From assembly GCA_964057225.1 (NCBI GenBank), contig OZ059898.1:806001-870000 (forward strand): a stretch of 64,000 nucleotides of DNA, in the 5' to 3' direction. The notes under the pieces are model-generated. The model was not told where the DNA came from, did no database searches, and saw only the letters and a list, made by a program, of their open reading frames with translations. Made by a program: the position numbers and the translations under genes. Of this stretch, positions 13,601-26,063 are shown in pieces. Source of the DNA: Auanema rhodensis. Lineage: Eukaryota > Animalia > Nematoda. Numbering within the stretch: the stretch's first letter is position 1; every line of letters begins with the position of its first letter.

Positions 13601-16600
13601 ATTGCAACAGATACTTTCGAAAGACATTTTGAAGTTATGAAGAAAGTTTTTGAAGCGCTGAAACAAGCAAATTTATCGTTGAAAGCGGTTAAATGTAAAC
13701 TTTTACAAAACGAAGTGGATTATTTGGGCCACAAAGTAAACGGAGAAGGTATTCACGCCGATCCAAATAAAATTGAGGCAATTTTAAAGTATCCCTTACC
13801 AAATACAATTGCTGAACTAAGAACATTCTTGGGAATGGCGTCGTATTACAGAAAATTTGTGCTAAATTTCGCAGCAATTACTAAACCAATGCACGAAATG
13901 ACAAGTGAAAAAAGTAAATGGGAATGGACCCGAGAGAGAAAAGAGGCTTTTGAAATTCTAAAGAAAAAGCTCACTCAAGCTCCTGTACTAATACAGCCTG
14001 ACTGGGAAGGTGCAAATAGCGGTAAAAACCCATATATTATATACACTGATGCGTGTGCATCTGGTGTAGGAGCGGTGTTATGTCAGAAAGCAAAAGATAA
14101 TTTTCTACACCCGATTGCCTTTGTTTCTAAAGGTTTGTCGAAAGCGGAAAAAAATTATCATGTAACAGACTTAGAAGCTCTGGCTATTGTATTTGCGCTA
14201 GAGAAGTTTCAATATTACATTTATAATACTGAAAAAACAGTTGTGAAAACTGATCATCAACCATTGACATGTCTGTTCAAGAAGACAGCAAGTGGGAGAA
14301 TGTTGAGATGGAGCCTCATGGTACAGCGATACAGAATAACTATTGAATATGTCAAAGGAAAAGGAAATGTTATAGCGGACGCATTATCGCGAGGTGTTCC
14401 AGTTCAAGATAATTTTGATCTTGAAAGTGACTCAGATATAAAATATATTTGTTCGTTACAAATGAGAGATAATATAGCTGAATTAATGATGAATGAAAAT
14501 TACAAAAATATTATCAATCTCAGAAGGGATGAAAAACTCACAGAGAGAATTTTTTTGCCAAAACTGGCACATAAACTATTTGTCGGTGATTTTCTAATTG
14601 CAAAAGAAAACTTGTATTATATCAACGAGAAGGGTGAGAAATTATTAGTCATTCCTCCGTCAAAAAGATATGATATATATAAAGAAGCTCATGAAGGATT
14701 ATTTGGAGCTCATTTTGGACCGAAAAAAATTATACGTTCTCTGAAGAGACAATTTTTTTGGGAAGGCTTAGACTCAGATGTGAGAAAATGGCACAGTGAG
14801 TGTAAAAAGTGCTTTTTAGCAAACAATAAAACAAAAAGTAAGCCATTATTACAGCCATATCGAACAGAAAAACCTTATGAGCTAGTTGGAATTGATGTCA
14901 TGGATCTAGGTAGAACCACATCCAACAATCGTTATGTAGTAGCCGTAATAGACCATTTTAGTAAATGGTTAGGTGCATACGCAGTACCAGATAAATCTGC
15001 AGCAACAATAGCTGATATAATAGTTAAAAAATGGATATGTGAAGGCGCCAAATGGCCTAAACAGTTCCTGTCTGATAAAGGAAGCGAATTTGTTAACAAA
15101 ATAGTGGAAGAAATAAAAAAGATAACCAAGATCGAATGGATCACCACCATGGGATATAATCCTAGACAAAACGGTATAACAGAGAGAGTGAATTTAACAA
15201 TTCAAAGAGCTCTGAAAAAGGCAGGAAACAGTCCGTCTGAGTGGGACAAGTTACTTCCGTTTGTAACATATGCGTATAATACAACACCACACGAAGCAAC
15301 TGGTGAATCCCCGTTTTTTATTTTACATGGGTTCGAACCATATTTGGTATCTAATATTGTAGAACCAACTAAACCAAGTTTAGTAGAGTATGAATTAGAT
15401 GAATATAAAGTTGATTTGTTGGAGGGATTTAGACTATCACGAAATATAGCAATAGAACGGAACGATAAAGAGCGTGAAAAATTCAAAATGTATTACGATA
15501 AGAAAAATTGTAAAAACATACAAGAATTCAAAGTAGGAGATAGAGTATATCTGAAAATGATAAACGAAAAAAGTAAACATGTCAATAAAAAATTGATAAA
15601 TGATTTGAAGGGACCATATCGTATAATAGAGTCTTATAAGACGTCGGCATTAATCACCGAAATTTCGGGAAAAGGCGAACCTTTGAAGATACAATACGAT
15701 CTTCTGATAAGAATTCCATCTACGATAGATGATAAACCAGTTGAAACGGTTAGAAGACGCAGAGAAATCATAGTTAAAAGGATACACTACAAAAATATTG
15801 GAGAGGATAGTAGTTATAGTAATAAAATTATTTTTTATAGAAACCTCACGATAAAACCCAAAGATGCTTGTCATCCACTGTATGAATGCGATGGTCTGAT
15901 ACAACTACCGGATGGAAAAAGACAAATATGCTCGTTCAAAACGGTTACTTATGGAGATCTGTTGAACAATAAATGTCCTACACCGTTGAAAGGAATTAGA
16001 GTTAGGAATACCTTCAGGTTAGCTCAATTCCTACAAGTAATGAAGGATCCAAGGATTTGGATCAATGAGAAGTTGGCTCATATAAATCGTATGAACGTCC
16101 ACCCTGATGTTGAGAGTATGGCTGATGCAATAATATTACAAAAACAAAATTGTTTGCACTCTAAGATCAACTTTTCGTTATTTGAGAATTTTCACATCAC
16201 CTGCGAAAACCCAGTGGAATTCAACATGTCAAGCGATGACATTTCTAAAGCGTTTTTGATTGCGTCTGAAAAATTAAATCGTTCTGCAAAACCTTCCGAT
16301 AAAGATCTTTTGTTTGTTCCAAAAAGGATGAATGCGGCAAAAGATTTCAATTTTCCTTTCGGAAATTGTATCACCTATGAAAATTTATCAAATGATGTTA
16401 TTTCAAAATTGTTGACTTATTGTAACGTACGTTATGTACTAATTGTATTACCGCTGATCTCCGAAGAAAACGAAGCAGACAAACTGATTAAACAACTGGG
16501 AAGATTAGGTTGTGCCCTGAATGCACAAATAATATTGATAAGTCCTATTGCAAGATTTGATGACAACACATTCTTTGATAGCATGCGAACATGGCAAAAA

Positions 16601-16942
16601 GTACATGAATGTTTTGCCACAGAATGCACAACACGTAATGATAAGTTATGGATACAATATATAGGCTGTCGAGGTGATGACGTTGCTTTAGTAACGCACT
16701 ATTGGTTTGCTGGTGGGCCACTGCCTTATCAGAAAACATCTGATCGTATTTTGTACGAACATGTTAAGAGTTTTTTAACCATGCTACAGAAAAAACTACT
16801 ATCGTTAGGAGTTTCGTCTATGTTAAATAGAATGGAGAAACGAAAACAAACTCATATAATGAACAAAACCTTTGAAAAGAACACAAACAGAACTCTACAC
16901 AAAACGTTCAAACCATATAGCCAATTCAAAAAACAGTACTGA
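10613..16942 (+). CDS. gag-pol: Gypsy gag-pol polyprotein, 2109 aa
   Basis: CCHC knuckle CYICNKKGHSAAQC (~12078-12119), protease LIDTGS (~12323), RT YIDD (~13583), RNase H YTDAC and TDH, integrase HHCC, GID/SDKG/TER catalytic motifs, GPY at aa 1667. Confidence 0.98.
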   Translation: MSIENETFETEQLCEMDFENVFSEVILNSLVNQTFKALEPYNEMIYKEFLEKIRNATEKKRTEQRILKTRNLVKSNLKSEIRKGKTWEFVYSMLLVMNNEGLKKPSDLSDVLKISKKRAEIIKDITDNFQLNENNIVQELLVIHETVKTLCDTFDCNLKELQQRISNSWQFQKSSLNQEDTETAMAEMILDERTRGNSVESAELKTKIKERTVRTHSKEIVEMEPNQQDQHYPYNFRGTSPLHYAGLNAQNDALLEMIRAQMLPDVPYFSNDSLEKWNQFIESFNLKYPKGTLTASSRKMLFVDKLKGEARDRYDELPETIRESSLEVIIEELHKQRVCVKRTSRLDAISSLKTLQYNSNKTLIVFCKKLEETSRKAYPEFPTRKLSFLRAQMLYEALRDCSCAIHLLETIEKSEEDLVYEKVKEIALRCERNKRVYDEQREKGRNSNRILPKLRYEKNHIDTNNYYTNDRNRYVGGIREPPSRREIICYICNKKGHSAAQCFERKKPSNNYPKRIENVEKHNEPGMRNQAEVWNKTIQTCNSITNSEIIGEQSLLSMIICEKSKKRVLIDTGSQISVMSSQALVNLMSDGVDLDRSVTQIPWKGDKYIANASGTKMNFVGAISCKVTCLESKKTSNVSFLVQKSREESILLGTNALENLGIILKFYTKEAVALQRVFIPANKSRTLKISCDEQKDSLLVSHRHDVLTGICKVDNNNSTTVIVANMTCQPTTIKKGEIVGEWESENWTEKLTALNDELKTESIDVLEMRMLDQYAKPTDPVGRAEKVIAVLEEKSGVTFDPKVKDLLENYSAIFALVDADLQQTNIVTMNIDTGDASPIRQKVRPVPFGIKNEFRGIIKDLLQRGIIEPSQSAWASPVVLVEKKDKSIRLCIDYRELNKVLKLDAYPIPTIDIILRSMNGKKIFSTFDLSSGFWQIKLSEEDKEKTSFVTSEGSFQFVVCPFGLATSPPTFQRMMDKALGDLLKSNEVFVYIDDIMIATDTFERHFEVMKKVFEALKQANLSLKAVKCKLLQNEVDYLGHKVNGEGIHADPNKIEAILKYPLPNTIAELRTFLGMASYYRKFVLNFAAITKPMHEMTSEKSKWEWTRERKEAFEILKKKLTQAPVLIQPDWEGANSGKNPYIIYTDACASGVGAVLCQKAKDNFLHPIAFVSKGLSKAEKNYHVTDLEALAIVFALEKFQYYIYNTEKTVVKTDHQPLTCLFKKTASGRMLRWSLMVQRYRITIEYVKGKGNVIADALSRGVPVQDNFDLESDSDIKYICSLQMRDNIAELMMNENYKNIINLRRDEKLTERIFLPKLAHKLFVGDFLIAKENLYYINEKGEKLLVIPPSKRYDIYKEAHEGLFGAHFGPKKIIRSLKRQFFWEGLDSDVRKWHSECKKCFLANNKTKSKPLLQPYRTEKPYELVGIDVMDLGRTTSNNRYVVAVIDHFSKWLGAYAVPDKSAATIADIIVKKWICEGAKWPKQFLSDKGSEFVNKIVEEIKKITKIEWITTMGYNPRQNGITERVNLTIQRALKKAGNSPSEWDKLLPFVTYAYNTTPHEATGESPFFILHGFEPYLVSNIVEPTKPSLVEYELDEYKVDLLEGFRLSRNIAIERNDKEREKFKMYYDKKNCKNIQEFKVGDRVYLKMINEKSKHVNKKLINDLKGPYRIIESYKTSALITEISGKGEPLKIQYDLLIRIPSTIDDKPVETVRRRREIIVKRIHYKNIGEDSSYSNKIIFYRNLTIKPKDACHPLYECDGLIQLPDGKRQICSFKTVTYGDLLNNKCPTPLKGIRVRNTFRLAQFLQVMKDPRIWINEKLAHINRMNVHPDVESMADAIILQKQNCLHSKINFSLFENFHITCENPVEFNMSSDDISKAFLIASEKLNRSAKPSDKDLLFVPKRMNAAKDFNFPFGNCITYENLSNDVISKLLTYCNVRYVLIVLPLISEENEADKLIKQLGRLGCALNAQIILISPIARFDDNTFFDSMRTWQKVHECFATECTTRNDKLWIQYIGCRGDDVALVTHYWFAGGPLPYQKTSDRILYEHVKSFLTMLQKKLLSLGVSSMLNRMEKRKQTHIMNKTFEKNTNRTLHKTFKPYSQFKKQY

Positions 16943-17056
16943 ATTGTCTTCTTAAGAGAAAAGCGATGTTCTATCATGAGTTATATATATGTGTTTTTTT
17001 GTGTTTTTTATTTTTTTGAATAAATAATTGTTGAACATCTCGGGACGCGAAGTTTC

Positions 17057-17068
17057 GAAGGGAGGGGA
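17057..17068 (+). promoter_or_regulatory. Polypurine tract GAAGGGAGGGGA, copy 1
   Basis: Pure purine run abutting the TG of the 3' LTR. Confidence 0.93.
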
Positions 17069-17420
17069 TGTTAAGAAATGAGAATATTGTTAAATATATT
17101 GATTATAGAATATTATGAATGATATTTATAACAACAAAATATCATTGAAAATAACATTTAGAAACGATTGGATTCAATTACGATGAAAGAAAAAGAAGAT
17201 AAAATTGGTCTTCAAAAGAATGCTCCCTTGACAATGAAACTACCGTAATCATCTTTTGCAACCAAATTCATAATTTTGGCCTAAAAATTGTATTGTTGTT
17301 TTTTTGAAATAAATTAAAGGCAGTTTGGGATTCTGTTTTCATTTTTTGTTTGATTATTTCTATTTTTTTTTATAATAAATCGTTTGCTTATTTGATCTTT
17401 TTGTTTCCTCTAATATAACT
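17069..17420 (+). repeat. Gypsy copy 1, 3' LTR
   Basis: Same length and, by eye, same sequence as the 5' LTR. Confidence 0.97.
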
Positions 17421-20400
17421 TATAAGTTCACACTTATATCCTCGATTTTCACCCTGAAGAATTAATTTTTTCGTTGAATAACATTGTCCATCGTCTTTGC
17501 CTTGAAAAATGGAATCTAAAAACATCTACTTTTTGCTAAATTATTTTGAAATTTTTCGAAAAAATTTTTGTCAAAATGTTTTTGGAAGCAATGTTGAGTG
17601 TACATGGAAACTCAACATACACTAATGCATCATTTTTCAAACGATCATAACTAATTTTTGTATTAAGCGTTTCTCAATGTAGTATAGTGCATTCGATGCG
17701 GATTTTTAAGCTGCGTCGATCTGTGTTATCAGATTTGCGCTAGCTTAAAAATGCACCGAGATATCAACTGATATAAGTTCACACTTATATCCTCGATTTT
17801 CACCCTGAAGAATTAATTTTTTTGTTGAATAACATTGTCCATCGTCTTTGCCTTGAAAAAAGGAATCTAAAAACATGTACTTTTTGCTAAATTATTTTGA
17901 AATTTTCCGAAAAAATTTTTGTCAAAATGTTTTTGGAAGCAATGTTGAGTGTACATAGAAACTCAACATACACTAATGCATCATTTTTCAAACGATCATA
18001 ACTAATTTTTGTATTAAGCGTTTCTCAATGTCGTATAGTGCATTCGATGCGGATTTTTAAGCTATCCTCGATTTTCACCCTGAAGAATTAATTTTTTCGT
18101 TGAATAACATTGTCCATCGTCTTTGCCTTGAAAAAAGGAATCTAAAAACATCTACTTTTTGCTAAATTATTTCGAAATTTTTCGAAAAAATTTTTGTCAA
18201 AATGTTTTTGGAAGCAATGTTGAGTGTACAAGGAAACTCAACATACACTAATGCATCATTTTTCAAACGATCATAACTAATTTTTGTATTAAGCGTTTCT
18301 CAATGTAGTATAGTGCATTCGATGCGGATTTTTAAGCTGCGTCGATCTGTGTTATCAGATTTGCGCTAGCTTAAAAATGCACCGAGATATCAACTGATAT
18401 AAGTTCACACTTATATCCTCGATTTTCACCCTGAAGAATTAATTTTTTCGTTGAATAACATTGTCCATCGTCTTTGCCTTGAAAAAAGGAATCTAAAAAC
18501 ATCTACTTTTTGCCAAATTATTTTGAAATTTTTCGAAAAAATTTTTGTCAAAATGTTTTTGGAAGCAATGTTGAGTGTACATGGAAACTCAACATACACT
18601 AATGCATCATTTTTCAAACGATCATAACTAATTTTTGTATTAAGCGTTTCTCAATGTCGTATAGTGCATTCGATGCGGATTTTTAAGCTGCGTCGATCTG
18701 TGTTATCAGATTTGCGCTAGCTTAAAAATGCACCGAGATATCAACTGATATAAGTTCACACTTATATCCTCGATTTTCACCCTGAAGAATTAATTTTTTC
18801 GTTGAATAACATTGTCCATCGTCTTTGCCTTGAAAAAAGGAATCTAAAAACATCTACTTTTTGCTAAATTATTTTGAAATTTTTCGAAAAAATTTTTGTC
18901 AAAATGTTTTTGGAAGCAATGTTGAGTGTACATGGAAACTCAACATACACTAATGCATCATTTTTCAAACGATCATAACTAATTTTTGTATTAAGCGTTT
19001 CTCAATGTAGTATAGTGCATTCGATTCGGATTTTTAAGCTGCGTCGATCTGTGTTATCAGATTTGCGCTAGCTTAAAAATGCACCGAGATATCAACTGAT
19101 ATAAGTTCACACTTATATCCTCGATTTTCACCCTGAAGAATTAATTTTTTCGTTGAATAACATTGTCCATCGTCTTTGCCTTGAAAAAAGGAATCTAAAA
19201 ACATGTACTTTTTGCTAAATTATTCTGAAATTTTCCGAAAAAATTTTTGTCAAAATGTTTTTGGAAGCAATGTTGAGTGTACATAGAAACTCAACATACA
19301 CTAATGCATCATTTTTCAAACGATCATAACTAATTTTTGTATTAAGCGATTCTCAATGTAGTATAGTGCATTCGATGCGGATTTTTGAGCTGCGTCGTTC
19401 TGTGTTATCAGATTTGCGCTAGCTTAAAAATGCACCGAGATATCAACTGATATAAGTTCACACTTATATCCTCGATTTTCACCCTGAAGAATTAATTTTT
19501 TCGTTGAATAACATTGTCCATCGTCTTTGCCTTGAAAAATGGAATCTAAAAACATCTACTTTTTGCTAAATTATTTCGAAATTTTTCGAAAAAATTTTTG
19601 TCAAAATGTTTTTGGAAGCAATGTTGAGTGTACATGGAAACTCAACATACACTAATGCATCATTTTTCAAACGATCATAACTAATTTTTGTATTAAGCGT
19701 TTCTCAATGTAGTATAGTGCATTCGATGCGGATTTTTAAGCTGCGTCGATCTGTGTTATCAGATTTGCGCTAGCTTAAAAATGCACCGAGATATCAACTG
19801 ATATAAGTTCACACTTATATCCTCGATTTTCACCCTGAAGAATTAATTTTTTTGTTGAATAACATTGTCCATCGTCTTTGCCTTGAAAAAAGGAATCTAA
19901 AAACATGTACTTTTTGCTAAATTATTTTGAAATTTTCCGAAAAAATTTTTGTCAAAATGTTTTTGGAAGCAATGTTGAGTGTAGATAGAAACTCAACATA
20001 CACTAATGCATCATTTTTCAAACGAATATAACTAATTTTTGTATTAAGCGTTTCTCAATGTCGTATAGTGCATTCGATGCGGATTTTTAAGCTGCGTCGA
20101 TCTGTGTTATCAGATTTGCGCTAGCTTAAAAATGCACCGAGATATCAACTGATATAAGTTCACACTTATATCCTCGATTTTCACCCTGAAGAATTAATTT
20201 TTTTGTTGAATAACATTGTCCATCGTCTTTGCCTTTAAAAAAGGAATCTAAAAACATCTACTTTTTGCTAAATTATCTTGAAATTTTTCGAAAAAATTTT
20301 TGTCAAAATGTTTTTGGAAGCAATGTTGAGTGTACATAGAAACTCAACATACACTAATGCATCATTTTTCAAACGATCATAACTAATTTTTGTATTAAGC

Positions 20401-23400
20401 GTTTCTCAATGTAGTATAGTGCATTCGATGCGGATTTTTAAGCTGTGTCGATCTGTGTTATCAGATTTGCGCTAGCTTAAAAATGCACCGAGATATCAAC
20501 TGATATAAGTTCACACTTATATCCTCGATTTTCACCCTGAAGAATTAATTTTTTCGTTGAATAACATTGTCCATCGTCTTTGCCTTGAAAAAAGGAATCT
20601 TAAAACATCTACTTTTTGCTAAATTATCTTGAAATTTTTCGAAAAAATTTTTGTCAAAATGTTTTTGGAAGCAATGTTGAGTGTACATGGAAACTCAACA
20701 TACACTAATGCATCATTTTTCAAACGATCATAACTAATTTTTGTATTAAGCGTTTCTCAATGTCGTATAGTGCATTCGATGCGGATTTTTAAGCTGCGTC
20801 GATCTGTGTTATCAGATTTGCGCTAGCTTAAAAATGCACCGAGATATCAACTGATATAAGTTCACACTTATATCCTCGATTTTCACCCTGAAGAATTAAT
20901 TTTTTTGTTGAATAACATTGTCCATCGTCTTTGCCTTGAAAAAAGGAATCTAAAAACATCTACTTTTTGCTAAATTATTTTGAAATTTTTCGAAAAAATT
21001 TTTGTCAAAATGTTTTTGGAAGCAATGTTGAGTGTACATGGAAACTCAACATACACTAATGCATCATTTTTCAAACGATCATAACTAATTTTTGTATTAA
21101 GCGTTTCTCAATGTAGTATAGTGCATTCGATGCGGATTTTTAAGCTGCGTCGATCTGTGTTATCAGATTTGCGCTAGCTTAAAAATGCACCGAGATATCA
21201 ACTGATATAAGTTCACACTTATATCCTCGATTTTCACCCTGAAGAATTAATTTTTTCGTTGAATAACATTGTCCATCGTCTTTGCCTTGAAAAATGGAAT
21301 CTAAAAACATCTACTTTTTGCTAAATTATCTTGAAATTTTTCGAAAAAATTTTTGTCAAAATGTTTTTGGAAGCAATGTTGAGTGTACATGGAAACTCAA
21401 CATACACTAATGCATCATTTTTCAAACGATCATAACTAATTTTTGTATTAAGCGTTTCTCAATGTCGTATAGTGCATTCGATGCGGATTTTTAAGCTGCG
21501 TCGATCTGTGTTATCAGATTTGCGCTAGCTTAAAAATGCACCGAGATATCAACTGATATAAGTTCACACTTATATCCTCGATTTTCACCCTGAAGAATTA
21601 ATTTTTTTGTTGAATAACATTGTCCATCGTCTTTGCCTTGAAAAAAGGAATCTAAAAACATCTACTTTTTGCTAAATTATTTTGAAATTTTTCGAAAAAA
21701 TTTTTGTCAAAATGTTTTTGGAAGCAATGTTGAGTGTACATGGAAACTCAACATACACTAATGCATCATTTTTCAAACGATCATAACTAATTTTTGTATT
21801 AAGCGTTTCTCAATGTAGTATAGTGCATTCGATGCGGATTTTTAAGCTGCGTCGATCTGTGTTATCAGATTTGCGCTAGCTTAAAAATGCACCGAGATAT
21901 CAACTGATATAAGTTCACACTTATATCCTCGATTTTCACCCTGAAGAATTAATTTTTTCGTTGAATAACATTGTCCATCGTCTTTGCCTTGAAAAATGGA
22001 ATCTAAAAACATCTACTTTTTGCTAAATTATTTCGAAATTTTTCGAAAAAATTTTTGTCAAAATGTTTTTGGAAGCAATGTTGAGTGTACATGGAAACTC
22101 AACATACACTAATGCATCATTTTTCAAACGATCATAACTAATTTTTGTATTAAGCGTTTCTCAATGTAGTATAGTGCATTCGATGCGGATTTTTAAGCTG
22201 CGTCGATCTGTGTTATCAGATTTGCGCTAGCTTAAAAATGCACCGAGATATCAACTGATATAAGTTCACACTTATATCCTCGATTTTCACCCTGAAGAAT
22301 TAATTTTTTTGTTGAATAACATTGTCCATCGTCTTTGCCTTGAAAAAAGGAATCTAAAAACATGTACTTTTTGCTAAATTATTTTGAAATTTTCCGAAAA
22401 AATTTTTGTCAAAATGTTTTTGGAAGCAATGTTGAGTGTAGATAGAAACTCAACATACACTAATGCATCATTTTTCAAACGAATATAACTGATTTTTGTA
22501 TTAAGCGTTTCTCAATGTCGTATAGTGCATTCGATGCGGATTTTTAAGCTGCGTCGATCTGTGTTATCAGATTTGCGCTAGCTTAAAAATGCACCGAGAT
22601 ATCAACTGATATAAGTTCACACTTATATCCTCGATTTTCACCCTGAAGAATTAATTTTTTTGTTGAATAACATTGTCCATCGTCTTTGCCTTTAAAAAAG
22701 GAATCTAAAAACATCTACTTTTTGCTAAATTATCTTGAAATTTTTCGAAAAAATTTTTGTCAAAATGTTTTTGGAAGCAATGTTGAGTGTACATAGAAAC
22801 TCAACATACACTAATGCATCATTTTTCAAACGATCATAACTAATTTTTGTATTAAGCGTTTCTCAATGTAGTATAGTGCATTCGATGCGGATTTTTAAGC
22901 TGTGTCGATCTGTGTTATCAGATTTGCGCTAGCTTAAAAATGCACCGAGATATCAACTGATATAAGTTCACACTTATATCCTCGATTTTCACCCTGAAGA
23001 ATTAATTTTTTCGTTGAATAACATTGTCCATCGTCTTTGCCTTGAAAAAAGGAATCTAAAAACATCTACTTTTTGCTAAATTATCTTGAAATTTTTCGAA
23101 AAAATTTTTGTCAAAATGTTTTTGGAAGCAATGTTGAGTGTACATGGAAACTCAACATACACTAATGCATCATTTTTCAAACGATCATAACTAATTTTTG
23201 TATTAAGCGTTTCTCAATGTCGTATAGTGCATTCGATGCGGATTTTTAAGCTGCGTCGATCTGTGTTATCAGATTTGCGCTAGCTTAAAAATGCACCGAG
23301 ATATCAACTGATATAAGTTCACACTTATATCCTCGATTTTCACCCTGAAGAATTAATTTTTTTGTTGAATAACATTGTCCATCGTCTTTGCCTTGAAAAA

Positions 23401-25696
23401 AGGAATCTAAAAACATCTACTTTTTGCTAAATTATTTTGAAATTTTTCGAAAAAATTTTTGTCAAAATGTTTTTGGAAGCAATGTTGAGTGTACATGGAA
23501 ACTCAACATACACTAATGCATCATTTTTCAAACGATCATAACTAATTTTTGTATTAAGCGTTTCTCAATGTAGTATAGTGCATTCGATGCGGATTTTTAA
23601 GCTGCGTCGATCTGTGTTATCAGATTTGCGCTAGCTTAAAAATGCACCGAGATATCAACTGATATAAGTTCACACTTATATCCTCGATTTTCACCCTGAA
23701 GAATTAATTTTTTTGTTGAATAACATTGTCCATCGTCTTTGCCTTGAAAAAAGGAATCTAAAAACATGTACTTTTTGCTAAATTATTTTGAAATTTTCCG
23801 AAAAAATTTTTGTCAAAATGTTTTTGGAAGCAATGTTGAGTGTAGATAGAAACTCAACATACACTAATGCATCATTTTTCAAACGAATATAACTAATTTT
23901 TGTATTAAGCGTTTCTCAATGTCGTATAGTGCATTCGATGCGGATTTTTAAGCTGCGTCGATCTGTGTTATCAGATTTGCGCTAGCTTAAAAATGCACCG
24001 AGATATCAACTGATATAAGTTCACACTTATATCCTCGATTTTCACCCTGAAGAATTAATTTTTTTGTTGAATAACATTGTCCATCGTCTTTGCCTTAAAA
24101 AAAGGAATCTAAAAACATGTACTTTTTGCTAAATTATTTTGAAATTTTCCGAAAAAATTTTTGTCAAAATGTTTTTGGAAGCAATGTTGAGTGTACATAG
24201 AAACTCAACATACACTAATGCATCATTTTTCAAACGATCATAACTAATTTTTGTATTAAGCGTTTCTCAATGTCGTATAGTGCATTCGATGCGGATTTTT
24301 AAGCTATCCTCGATTTTCACCCTGAAGAATTAATTTTTTCGTTGAATAACATTGTCCATCGTCTTTGCCTTGAAAAAAGGAATCTAAAAACATCTACTTT
24401 TTGCCAAATTATTTTGAAATTTTTCGAAAAAATTTTTGTCAAAATGTTTTTGGAAGCAATGTTGAGTGTACATGGAAACTCAACATACACTAATGCATCA
24501 TTTTTCAAACGATCATAACTAATTTTTGTATTAAGCGTTTCTCAATGTAGTATAGTGCATTCGATGCGGATTTTTAAGCTGCGTCGATCTGTGTTATCAG
24601 ATTTGCGCTAGCTTAAAAATGCACCGAGATATCAACTGATATAAGTTCACACTTATATCCTCGATTTTCACCCTGAAGAATTAATTTTTTTGTTGAATAA
24701 CATTGTCCATCGTCTTTGCCTTGAAAAAAGGAATCTAAAAACATGTACTTTTCGCTAAATTATTTTGAAATTTTCCGAAAAAATTTTTGTCAAAATGTTT
24801 TTGGAAGCAATGTTGAGTGTAGATAGAAACTCAACATACACTAATGCATCATTTTTCAAACGAATATAACTAATTTTTGTATTAAGCGTTTCTCAATGTC
24901 GTATAGTGCATTCGATGCGGATTTTTAAGCTGCGTCGATCTGTGTTATCAGATTTGCGCTAGCTTAAAAATGCACCGAGATATCAACTGATATAAGTTCA
25001 CACTTATATCCTCGATTTTCACCCTGAAGAATTAATTTTTTTGTTGAATAACATTGTCCATCGTCTTTGCCTTTAAAAAAGGAATCTAAAAACATCTACT
25101 TTTTGCTAAATTATCTTGAAATTTTTCGAAAAAATTTTTGTCAAAATGTTTTTGGAAGCAATGTTGAGTGTACATAGAAACTCAACATACACTAATGCAT
25201 CATTTTTCAAACGATCATAACTAATTTTTGTATTAAGCGTTTCTCAATGTAGTATAGTGCATTCGATGCGGATTTTTAAGCTGTGTCGATCTGTGTTATC
25301 AGATTTGCGCTAGCTTAAAAATGCACCGAGATATCAACTGATATAAGTTCACACTTATATCCTCGATTTTCACCCTGAAGAATTAATTTTTTCGTTGAAT
25401 AACATTGTCCATTGTCTTTGCCTTGAAAAAAGGAATCTAAAAACATCTACTTTTTGCTAAATTATCTTGAAATTTTTCGAAAAAATTTTTGTCAAAATGT
25501 TTTTGGAAGCAATGTTGAGTGTACATGGAAACTCAACATACACTAATGCATCATTTTTCAAACGATCATAACTAATTTTTGTATTAAGCGTTTCTCAATG
25601 TCGTATAGTGCATTCGATGCGGATTTTTAAGCTGCGTCGATCTGTGTTATCAGATTTGCGCTAGCTTAAAAATGCACCGAGATATCAACTGATATA
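17421..25696. repeat. 351-bp satellite array, block 2 (24 monomers)
   Basis: 8276 bp = 22x351 + 2x275 + 4-bp TSD. Deletion junctions at 18063 and 24305. Confidence 0.99.
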
Positions 25697-26048
25697 TGTT
25701 AAGAAATGAGAATATTGTTAAATATATTGATTATAGAATATTATGAATGATATTTATAACAACAAAATATCATTGAAAATAACATTTAGAAACGATTGGA
25801 TTCAATTACGATGAAAGAAAAAGAAGATAAAATTGGTCTTCAAAAGAATGCTCCCTTGACAATGAAACTACCGTAATCATCTTTTGCAACCAAATTCATA
25901 ATTTTGGCCTAAAAATTGTATTGTTGTTTTTTTGAAATAAATTAAAGGCAGTTTGGGATTCTGTTTTCATTTTTTGTTTGATTATTTCTATTTTTTTTTA
26001 TAATAAATCGTTTGCTTATTTGATCTTTTTGTTTCCTCTAATATAACT
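25697..26048 (+). repeat. Gypsy copy 2, 5' LTR
   Basis: Direct repeat of 33011-33362. Confidence 0.97.
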
Positions 26049-26063
26049 TGGGGGCCGAACTGG
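26049..26063 (+). promoter_or_regulatory. Primer-binding site, tRNA-Pro type, copy 2
   Basis: TGGGGGCCGAACTGG directly after the LTR. Confidence 0.8.

Larger units (their letters stand above)
9755..17420 (+). mobile_element. Full-length Ty3/Gypsy LTR retrotransposon, copy 1 (7666 bp)
   Basis: Two 352-bp direct LTRs, PBS, PPT and a single ORF in PR-RT-RH-IN order. TSD TATA at 9751-9754 and 17421-17424 within the satellite sequence caactga-TATA-agttc. Confidence 0.98.

Noticed and set aside
12610-16739. Short antisense ORFs inside Gypsy gag-pol (and their copies at 28552-32681)
   Set aside because: Shadow ORFs opposite a long coding frame, with no motifs.
15750-16942. env gene in the Gypsy element
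   Set aside because: In frame with integrase, with no visible signal peptide or transmembrane anchor.
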